DNA from: Octopus sinensis
Lineage: Eukaryota
Reading direction: 5' to 3'
Assembly: GCF_006345805.1 (NCBI RefSeq)
Contig: NC_043009.1
Coordinates: 33,852,001-33,916,000, forward strand
Length of the DNA: 64,000 bases
How positions within the stretch are numbered: the first letter of the stretch is position 1; each line of letters opens with the position of its first letter. The notes under the pieces are model-generated. The model worked only from the letters and a program-made list of their open reading frames with translations. It ran no database searches and was not told the DNA's origin. Shown here piece after piece: positions 12,732 through 24,597 of this stretch. A program made the translations under genes and the position numbers.

Positions 12732-15700
12732 CATACACACACACATACATACATGCATACATATATATACATTTATTCATACCTACCCACCTACAATAGA
12801 GTCAATGATAAGAAATAAGGAAATAAGAAGGTGTGCAGATAGCCTCTTACAGCTGTTTCAAAAATAGATGCATATATGGTGCATTTCCCTGCAAACAAGG
12901 ATAAGCCAGTAGCAGGGGTGGATGCTCTGAAAGTGTAGCTGCTAGAAGAAGAATAGCCTGGGCAAAATTCAGAGAGCTCCTACCTCTGCTAGCGACAAAG
13001 GGCCTCTCACTCAGAGTAAAAGGTAGGCTGTATGATGCATGTGTATGAACAGCCATGCTACATGGCAGTGAAACATGTTCCATGACTGCTGTGGGCACAT
13101 GTAAGCTTGCAAGGAATGAAGCTAGTAGCCTCCGCTGAATATGTAATGTCAGTGTGCATACTCGTCAGAGTGTAAGCACCCTGAGAGAAAAGTTGAATTA
13201 TGAAGCATCAGATGTGGTGTGCAAGAGAGATGACTGCGCTGGTATGGTGATGTGTTGTGAATGAAGGAGGACAGATATGTAAAAAAGTGTCATACCTTAG
13301 TGGTTGAGGGAACCTGTGGAAGAGGTAGACCTAGGAAGACCTGGGATGAGGTGGTGAAGCATGACCATTGTACATTGAGCCTTACCAAGACAATGACTAG
13401 TGACCGAGACCTTTGGAGATATGCTGTACTTGAGAAAACCTGACAAGCCAAGTGAGACCATAGCCTGTGGCCTATGTCAGTGGGTGTAACCAGCCCACTT
13501 ATGAGTACCCCTCATTCATTGGACAATAAACTTTGCTTGCGAAGACCTATTGAGGCAAGTGAAATGAAAATCAAAATCAAAATCACTGACATGGCCGATG
13601 ACAGTACCACCTGGTTGGCACTTATGCCAGCGGAATGTTAAAAGCACATTTGAGCATGATTGTTGCTAGGGCCACAGATTGGCTACCATGTCAGTGGCAT
13701 GTAAAAAGCACCATTCAAGCACAATCATTGCTAGCATTGCCTTATCAGCATATGTGCCAGTGGCATGTGGAAAACAACATTTCAGCATGGTCGTTGCCAA
13801 TGCTGCTGGACTGGCTCCCATGCAGGTAGCATGTAAAAAAACACCTTTTGAACGTGGTCGTTACCAGAACTGTTTGACTGGCCCTCATGCCAGTGGCACG
13901 TAAAAGCACCTACTACATTCTCAGAGTGGTTGGCATTAGGAAGGGCATCCAGCTGTCGAAACTTTGCCAGATCAGATTGCAGCCTTCTGGCTTGCCAGTT
14001 CTCAGTCAAACCGTCCAATCCATGCCAGCATGGAAAGCAGACATTAAACGACGGTGATGATGATGATGATGATGATGAACGAAGACACTAAGCTTGCAGA
14101 ATCTTTAGAGCACCAGCAAAAATACCATACTGTATTTATTCCAGTTCTTTATGTGCTGAGTTCAACTCCCACTATGGTCAACTTTGCTTTCATCCTCCGA
14201 GGCTTGATACAATAAAATACCAGACTAGTACTGAGTTCACTTAATTAACTAACACCCTCCCCCAACATTTCTGGATGTGTCCCTACATTAGAAGCAATTA
14301 CTGCTAGCAACCAGAAACACAACAAACACGAATGTGACAACTAAAATAACCCCGACCACAACCACAACAATAACAACATCACTACATCACAACAATTACC
14401 ACAACTTCAATTTACACAATAATTATCACTACTGCCATCACAACAATCACTATTATCAATATAATAAAACAAGCACTGACACTACAACCACACCAATAAC
14501 TTACTTTTGATTCCTGGTCCAGTCTCCATTCCAAGTCTCTCAGCTGATTTGCTAGACTGTTCTTCTCTTTCTCCAGGATTTTAACATATTGAGGAGTAAT
14601 CTAGCAAAGATAAGATAAGGAATAATCTAGAAAAAATTATGGCGTGAAGGTAAGACAAACAGTAATCTAGCAAAGATAAAATGAACAATAATCTAGTAGT
14701 GATAAAATAAACAGTAATTTACTGTTGTGTCTGGGGAGAGTCATTCTCTTTTAGTGCCTTATTATTTAACACACTATTTAACAAGACTATTGAAAAGGTT
14801 GCAAGACGCAACGAAAATTTTAGAAAATAAAAATAAGAAATAAGAGGAAATTTTACTGGTGAGTGTGTTAAATAATAAGGCACTAAAAGAGAATGACTCT
14901 CCCCAGACACAACAGTATATGCTTCAACACACGATCTCATATAAAGAATCTTGCAAACCAAATCCAAAAGCGAAACAGTAATTTATTAATGATAAAATGA
15001 ACAGTAATCTAGTAAATATGAGGTGAGGAAAAATGAGGAATAATTTAGCAAAGATGAGTTGGACAGTAATCAAGCAAACACAAAGTGAGGAATAATTTAG
15101 CAGAGATAACATCAATAGTAATCTATCAAAGATAGAGTGAAGAGTAATCTAGCAAGATTAAGGCGAGGAGTAATCTAACAAGGATGAGTTAGGATTGATC
15201 TAATAAGGAAAACATGAGGATTAATCCAGCAAAGAGAATATAAGGAATAATTTGGCAAGAAGTATGTGCAGATATGTGTTTGTGAGTATGTTTTAATGTG
15301 TGCTTGAAATAACTTGTGTGTATCCGTATGATTCTGTGTATGTAGGTATTTGTGTGTGCATTTGTGTTTGTTTGTTTGCATATGTGTCCAGGGTTTCAAC
15401 TACACAGAATGCTCTTTAGAATTAGCTAGTAGACTCCATTATCTAGGTGACTAAATATTAAGGTTGAGGTTGATATTGCAAAAGCATAAAACCAGATTTA
15501 GTATGGAGTAGAGGAGCTCTTACTGTTGCTAGTATCAATAAGACTTTCTCTCTGAGTGAAGGATAGATTATCTGATGCATGTATACGAAGTACAATATTG
15601 CACAGTAATAAACCATGGGGTTAAACACATTGGGTACATCAAGGATGGTAACAATGAGACTACTGTAATGGATTTGTAATATGACAACCTATGGACAACT

Positions 15701-18700
15701 TTCAGATATCCCTGGCCTGGCAGTGCTATCGAGAAGTGCTACCCATTCGGGATAAGCTCTACAGGCATGGCTCAAGAAATACGGGGCTGACCTGCCCAAG
15801 ATGCAGTCAGAGCGACAAAACCATTCTGCATGCACTCGTACAGTGTCCAACCATTTCTGACCTGTGGGCCTATGTTGAATAACTGCTATCTCTTGGGAAT
15901 TGTAACATTTTGTTTATATATTTTTGTCCTTTGTTTTTGTTTTGCGAAGGAACCTAACTTCAAGCAACTTTTTATAGATCAATTTTTAGACACTATTTTC
16001 TAAACCTGGCAAAGTATGTAAGGAATGCAAATTTTGATTTTGCACTCACTAAAAGTTGTTCCTTGTTCCTGGGCCCTTGTCCATAGGTATATGTACCCTT
16101 AACATAATTTTCAGACCAAATCAACATGATGACAAGAACAGCTTTTTGGTGTAGTCCAGAGAGATGAAGTGAAGAGAAAGAGAGGAGAGAAAGAAAGAGA
16201 GAAGAATCAACCCCAGTACTGGGCTGGTACTTTATTGAATCTTAAAGAATGAATGGCAAAGTTCACCTTGGTGACATGAGCTAAAAGCACAAAAGCTGGA
16301 ACAATTTTATCTGTTACTTTAATCACTCAGCCAGTTTGCTGCCTTGCTCTGTCACCATTGCTACTGCTGTTACTGCTACCACCACCACCACCACCACCAC
16401 TATTATTACTACAACAACTACTACTATATTCATAGCTATATAATACAGATTATACCCACTTCTGTGTTGTCTTGGGTACTGTTGTTATCTTTGGGCTTCT
16501 TCATGGCTGAGAAAAGAAAATGAATCATTTTAAAATATAGAAATAAATAAGATACATGCAAATGTACACACAAATACATACATACTTGCACACATAAACA
16601 TAACAAGCAAACACAATATACAAATATACATTCACATACATGCACACACACACACCAGCATGCATACATACACATGGTATCAAAGTCAGAAACATCAGCT
16701 CAAGAGGCTTATTTATCTTTTGTGCAATGAATATTACCCTCAAAATTTTTCCATTCATAAAAACTTGGTAATGAAAATTGGTTATCTCCTTAGGATAAAT
16801 GCAAGGAAGCATCTATAGTAGAAAGGCACGTTTCTTTCCTGCCAAGCTTACTTTTTAAACCATGTTTGTGTTCTCCCAGTCAACAGCCTTATTATTACTG
16901 GTACTTTAAACTCTTTGGTTGCATATTTGTGTGAATAAAATCATTTTTCTTTGGAATAGAAAAAAAGTCTATCTTTATTTCTTCTTTTGCTGGTGTCTCA
17001 AATTTAAGTTAAATCAGTGTTTCTCAAAGGGGAGGCCTATGGGATTGTCAGACAAGTTGTTTTGAGAAAATTTGGTTTAAGAGTTTTACAACTGAGTACC
17101 GTCCATTGGACGGGGGTTGTTTTGCTCGTATATATATATATATATATTAAATATGACACATAATGATGTGATTGCTACTCATCTATAGTTTTCCTGAATT
17201 GTATCAATTACCAAACCAATAGAAATAATTTTTCTATAATCATTGAATAATCATTTTTATGATCTAACTTATCCTTCATTTATTTTATTATATAATTTTT
17301 TCCTTTGCATATTTAAGTATTATTCTTTTCTTTCTATTTAAATTTTATATTATATGTATTTTACATACATTTATATTTTTCTTTAATTTCTATTTATTGA
17401 TTTTTTAAATTTTCATCCTTCTTATCTGCTTTCTTTACCCTTATTTTTTTAGGCTGGTTTTATTTATTTTTTGTTTATATTTATTTATTTTATTTACTAT
17501 ATGGCATCTTCACTAATATCTATAACTCACCAGCTACATACATTTACATTATATATATAGGTTCTAACTTCTTAAACTTATTAATATTTTGTATGCATTC
17601 TTTCAAAAAATATGTTAACCTTTGTTCTATAAGCTCATAAAATCCCTGATGAAGTTCTGCCCTATATAGTTAAAAATGATACCATTCTTAGCCTATAACT
17701 AAATGCTTAGAATTACATGTCAACTAGGGGCTAGAACCAAAACATATATGTAGGTTTTTTCTCATCTCCCATTTCTTTTTGAGCTTTACAATTTATAATT
17801 TATTTGTATTACTATTTAAAAAAATTTCAACATCCTTATATTATACAAATAAATTATCCATACATCGATCTTTTGCCACTTTCTTTCTTTCAATATATGT
17901 GTACACACACACACACACATACATATGCTTATATATATATGCATATACACACATATGGCATCCAGCCATAGAACACATATCCCATCAAATGCCGTCTCAT
18001 CCAGGCAAGCATGGACAAGTAGAAGTAACAGAGTAAAAAAAAAAGTGTGTGTCTATACTATCAACCTTGAAAGGATGACAGGCAAAGTCAACCTCAGTGG
18101 AATTAGAACTCAGAATGTAAAGACAAACGAAATACTGCTTAGCATTTCACCCAATGTGCTACCATTTCTGCCAGCTGACCACTTTATATACTTCTCATAT
18201 TATTTACCTAATTAAGCTATCTACCAAAAACAATTAGCAGTTTAAGTTTTCTCATCCTGTAGTATTTATCTCACATATAGAGCCATAGTCTTACAGTACC
18301 TTCTTTCAAGTTACTCCTTGCTTCATCCACTTTCTTGGTGAGTACAAGATCTTGTTGCTGTAGCTGTTTGTTGATTTCTTCCTGTGTCTCAAAACGTGTC
18401 CGCCATTCATTTCCTTAAACACGACAAATTAAACAACACTATTTAAGACATTTAGAATAGAACAGGCATGACTACTTTGTCAGTGTATGCCAAAAGACTC
18501 AAATACATTTGTATTAGCATATATCACAGCTGGTGATGGAATTTTTGATTTATGTTGCACTAGAATTTCAAGTAGTTAAATAACATTATAGGTGGTATCA
18601 AAAAGTTCCTGGACTATTTCTGAAGTGTGCCAACAGATGACAGTATTTGGTTGCATGTGCAGAGAGAGCTAGCAGTGACCTTCATGGGGCAATGTACTGA

Positions 18701-21700
18701 GTGATGTCGCTGTATTTACTTTGCAAGCTGTGAAATTTTTGTTTTTGTGATCACATGTATGCTGTAATTTTCAATTTTTGTTATGGACAGGAAGTTGGAG
18801 TAAAAAGCCAATGTGAAATTTTACCTGAAACTTAGGAAGTCTGCTACAAAGACATTGAGCATGCTTTGGCAAGCTTACAACAATGAAGCAATGGGTTGTT
18901 AGCAATGTTTTGAGTGTGGCATGGGCACTTCAAAATTGGAAGGACGTCTCTGGAAGACTATAAGCAATCTGGAAGACCTACCATGAGCGTCACCCCAAGA
19001 AATGTGGAGAAAATTCATCAGCTTGTGCACAAGGATCATCAGAAGACAATCAAGGGTGTTTTGAAGTGTTTGAGGGAGGGCATTCAGTGAAATCAACTGG
19101 ATCTGGGAGCATGAAGAATTGGATTCTTCAAGATGACAATGCACCCTGTCATCAAGCTCTCTTCACTTGTGGAACATGGTATTGCTTCTACGCTTATCTC
19201 ATTCACCAGATTTAGCACCTGCAGACTTCCATCTCTTCCACAAAATGAAGATGCAGTTTAAAGCTTGCCATTTTAACACTGTTTTTGAAATCCAGAGTGA
19301 ATCGCAGAAATTCCTTGACTTGCTTATGGAAAATGTGTTCCAGGCCAGATCCCAAAAGTGGCAGGAACACTGGGACCAGTATATTGCTGCACAAGATGTC
19401 AATTTCAAAGGAGATGATGTAAAACTTAGGCAAATAAGTCATGTTTTATTAAACATAACTAGTCCAGGAACCTTTTGATATCACCTCGTCTTCTCCCAAT
19501 GATAGCAAAGAACAGATTATGATTAGATAATGCACATTAATAGGTATCGCTATAAAATGCCATACAAGTGAGACAAGCACAGTTTGAATATGCAAAAACA
19601 CACTTTTTGCTTCATGTTTTTCATGTCAAAATAAATATCTTCTGAGGAAAATTATATATCATTTGAAAGGCGAAAAAGGTACAAAGTTAGTAAAGAGGGT
19701 GGTACACTCACCTTACTTGCCAAACTGATGTATTTTCATGTGGCAAGAGGTCAAATGGAACACAAATCCAAGACTTCAAATCTTGAGTTTGAGCCAGAAT
19801 TTCAAGAAATGGATGAACTAATTATTAAGTACACATATATTTCTACCAAAAATGCTCTAAATTGAGTATAATAATTCTTCTAGAGCCCAAACTTAGAACG
19901 AAATCGTTGTATTGAGAATGCTGTTTATTCTCTCTCACTGTTTTAATGATATGGAAAGCTGCTAGACAAAACTAGCGGATATTCTTGTACATGAAAATTT
20001 CACTTTTCCTTGTGAATTATTGGCCAAAATTTTGCCAATAAAAATTGTATTGGCTGTCATTGTCGTCATCATCATTATCATCATCATCAGTATTTAGCGT
20101 CCATTGTCCATGGGTTGGACAGTTTGACCAGGGCTGGCTAGCTGAGGGGCTGCACAAAACTCCAGTCTGATTTGGCATGATTTCTAAGGCTGGATGCTTT
20201 TCCTAACATCACCCACTCTGACAATGAAATGGGTACTTTTATGTACCATTAGCATGGATGCTTTAACATGCCACTGGCATGAGAGCCAGTTGTGTGATAC
20301 CAGTAACTGCCATGACTACAATTTAACTTAGCTTGATGTGTCTTCTTCTCAAGCACAGCATATTGCCAAAGTATGGATGTGGTCAACTTTTTTTGATTGA
20401 AATTCTAGATGTTTTCGAAAGAGTTATTTTTCAGTTCACTATACATGCACACAGAACTCCAACACCTTCAATCCCTTCTTTGCCGTTTTCTTGCTTTTTT
20501 TCCCCCCCAATGCTTGCAACCTGCAAAAAAGCTTTCTCACTTACTTTTTAAAAAAACGCGCCACTCTAGCCATCTCTCCTTTCTTAGCCGTTGCCTCCGC
20601 CATCACGTCACACCACGTGGCTTCCTCTTGAAGTTCCATGCCACCCCCATTCAAAATGTGACTGTGTGTGTACCGTTGGCGATTTTTTTCCTCTGTCTTC
20701 CCTTCTCTGGATCTTTCCTTCTCCTATGTTTCCGACGAAGAGCTCCGCTCGAAACATTAAACCCTCCTTCTTTCCTTCTTTCCTGAGCGTCCAATAATAC
20801 TATATTTGTTCCACGTCCTCACGTTGTTCTGTTTTTTTGTGCTTTCATGTTTGGATTAACTATATATATATATATTTATACATACACACACACACATACA
20901 CAGACATGTACTTTACATTTGAGGTGTTGACAGAATGAAGTTTAAAGATGGAAACTTGCTTGTTCTTACATTTACTCCTATACAGACACATGCATATTTA
21001 AATACATGCATCCATGAGGTTGTATCTTAAAATTATATATAGAAATGTGTGTATACTCACATACACACTTTCAGAATTGAGTTTATGCATTCCAAGTGAT
21101 TTATTAATTCCATTCTTTAAGCTCCATGAAAGAAATAAACAAAATATCAAAAGAGATAAAAGGAAACAAGTAATAACAAGTAATTGCATACCTTCATCTT
21201 GTATAGTTTCTGAACGCTGTTCAAGTTCTTTGACAGTAGTAATTAATTCTTGCAGAGAATTATCCAACATGTCCCTGTCAAACATATTATTGAGATTCTT
21301 TAATTTTGAATTATTTCCTTGACACAAGTCATGAAGGGTTATAGAAAGAGTGAAGATGAAGAGATTAGTCAATTGAACAACTTCAGCTGGGTTGAAAGTA
21401 ACCCAATGAATTAAAACTGGTAGGCAGAACTGTGTAAAATCCTATTAGAGGAATCTTTGTTATTCTTGGCTCAATATGTCATATAGTTTGACACCACCAC
21501 TTTGACCTTTAATGGTGTCCATATCTTTTGTGAGTACTCAAGTCGGCTTCCTCCCTTGTTTTCATCTGCCACAAAAGTCCTGGAAAGGTCTTTGGACTAT
21601 GAGCACTACTATTCCTCCTTTGTCTAAACTATTAAAAGGAAAAAAAATCACTGATACCTATTATATAATTGACACTTGACCTCTTGAGGAATGCAAAATA

Positions 21701-24548
21701 AATAGGTTTTTTTTTATAGGTCAAGCAATAATGCAGAGACTACTTCTGGCTAATGGATGTTTATAATACTTCTTTTTACCAACCACTGAGGGATAATGTG
21801 GATTTCATCCTAGCAGAATTTGAACTCAGAATAAGAGGTACGAGAAGAGAAAGTTCCCCCAAAACCATAGTAATTAGTACTATTCCAACAACCTGGGTGC
21901 ATGTTCAGATATGTATCAACATGCTCACTTTACAGATTATGTCTAATGCAGATACTTGTGTATAAAGCCACAGAAAACAGTAGATGGTACTGAATGGCCT
22001 ATATAAGAGAATCCATTTCAATTGAGTATATACACCACATGCCTTCTTTTATGTCTGGAAATAGCATTAATCCAATATTTTTATTACACACTTGATAACG
22101 TGAAAGTAGATAAACCCACAATAACAGATAAATAAAAAGGATTATTATAGAAAAAGCCATATCATAGTATCTGTGCATCCTGGAGAAGTTTAACATCTTA
22201 ATAGCAACAGATAACATTCTGAGGAAAAAATCTGAGGCTACCTGCCCTTATTGAAAAAATACCTCTTTAGAGTATTTCTAACTCATACAGGTTTAGATAA
22301 CATTCAATCAAAAGTAACATTTGCTATATTGGCTACAAGCATCAACTGCATAAACCCTCAAAGTAATTCTCTTTGGAGTAAAAGAAAAATATAGTTTCCC
22401 TCTGTAACATAAATCTGAATAAACAGGCATCACACCATATGGCCTAGTATAGAAAATGAAAACAATGTATGAACCAACATGTAGTGATTTTTATTACAAT
22501 CCAATCTGCCATTCAGTTTCCTTATCACCTGTAAAACCATATTGAATGAGAAATTCAGAATTGTGGTGAAGTGAATTACATAGGCATCGCCGGATTGACG
22601 GATGGATGAATGCGTATTCAGGCTCAGCGGTTGCGTAGGAAGTCGGGGACAAGAAACAGGAAGAAAGAGTAAGAGAAAGTTGGATCAAAAGAGTACAACA
22701 GGAGTCTCCACCACCCCCTGCTGGAGACTCATGGAGCTTTAGGTGTTTTCGCTCAATAAACACACACAATGCTCGGTCTGGGAATTGAAACCACGATCCT
22801 CTGACCGCGAGTCCGCTGCCCCAACCACTGGGCCATTGCGCCTCCACACTGCTGCTTCTTCTTCTTCTTCTTCTTCTTCCTTTTCTTTTTCTGATTCTTC
22901 TCTTTCGTGGCACCCATACCAGTGGCACGTAAAAAACACCCAAAATGGTTGGCATTAGGAAGGGCATCCAGCTGCAGAAACCTTGCAAATTAGATTTGAA
23001 CCTGATGTAGTCCCTGGCTTACCAGTTTTCTGTGAAATCGTCCAAACCATGCCAGCATGGAAACCGAATGTTAAATGATGACGACGACTATGATGATGAT
23101 AAATATATACCATGATGATATATATATATATCAAGGGCGGCGAGCTGGCAGAAACGTTAGCATGCTGGGCAAAATGCGTAGCTGCATTTCGTCTGCTGTA
23201 TGTTCTAAGTTCAAATTCCACTGAGGTTGACTTTGCCTTTCATCCTTTCGGGTCGATAAATTAAGTACCAGTTACGCACTGGGGTTGATATAATCGACTT
23301 AATCCGTTTGTCTGTCATTGTTTGTCCTCTCTGTGTTTAGTCCCTTGTGGCCAGTAAAGAAATATATATATATATATATATATATCATCAAATAAGCCTA
23401 ACAACAGATGTCCTCTGGTTCAACACAGTTTTTGGCTTGCATGTTTCAACCAAGATTGCTGGAAAATTGTTTGCTGCTTTAGACAAGTGTTTTCCTAAAT
23501 CTAATTGGTATCATTGTTATTTTTAATCAACACATTGTGAAGGTATCCTACACCAACTCTGCTAATTTAGAGCAGCTTATGCATCACATAAACAATAGCA
23601 AAATGCAGTAAAGGTTCAATAACCCACCTACTGGATCTAGTGAACAGTTGCATCTAAATACCATCAATGAGATGTAAACCGCATTGATAAATACCAACTA
23701 TGACCAATTTGTAGTAGTAGAAATACTCATGATACAGTTAGCATGGTAACAATACCGGTTAATGGATTCAAGACTGCCTTATATACAAATAAATATGATA
23801 AATGCTCATGCAGAGATAAATCAAAATGTCCTTTGATGAATCTCTGTATGAGTAAAAATCTTGTATATAAATGTACCGTGCACACAAGGGGAGGGCCCAA
23901 TGTTTACATTGGGCAGACGACTGATTCATTTAAGAATTGTTATCATAACCACGTTGCCAGCTTTAAGACAAAAAAATAAGAGACATTCAACATCTTTGGC
24001 AGATTTTGTATGGTGACTGAAGGAGGATAAAATGAAGTACAGCATTAATTGGTCCATAATAAGGTATGCAAAACCATACAATATAATTTCTAGGAGATGC
24101 CATCTCTGCTCCAAGGAATTCCTGTCTATTCTGTAGACTAATGAGAAAATAATAGAATTTCTGAATGACTCTCGAGATGCCTACATGCATATAAATGTTC
24201 TTTTGCACAATGCAGTGAGAATGAATTTTGAATAACTGATAATTTAATTTACTTAATACTATAGCCTTGGGCCGACCAAAGCCTTGTGGGTGCATCTGGT
24301 AGATAGAAACTGAAAGAGGCCCATTGTATGTATATATATACTCTTTACTCTTTTACTTGTTTCAGTCATTTGACTGCAGCCATGCTGGAGCACCACCTTT
24401 AGTTGAGCAAATCGACCCCAGGACTTATTCTTTGTAAGCCTAGTACTTATTCTATCGGTCTCTTTTGCCGAACCACTAAGTTACGGGGACCTAAACACAC
24501 CAGCATCGGTTGTGAAGCGATGTTGGGGGGACCAACAGAGACACACAA

Positions 24549-24597
<49 letters not shown>

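Noticed and set aside
19712-19817. Exon-like segment (VHPFLEILAQTQDLK...) with two GT donors in CCDC169 intron 2
   Set aside because: Weak acceptor; lengths of 101 or 106 nt break the frame; exons 2 and 3 already join to give the conserved DEGNEW.
21192-21441. Longer open version of CCDC169 exon 2 from an AG at 21442-21443 (DFTQFCLPVLIHW...)
   Set aside because: Starts in phase 0, incompatible with the phase-1 first exon; the extra part is pyrimidine-rich like a splice tract and does not resemble CCDC169.
22494-22988. 164-aa ORF with an Arg/Lys run
   Set aside because: Read-through of an RTE tail, a (GAA)n run and a SINE.
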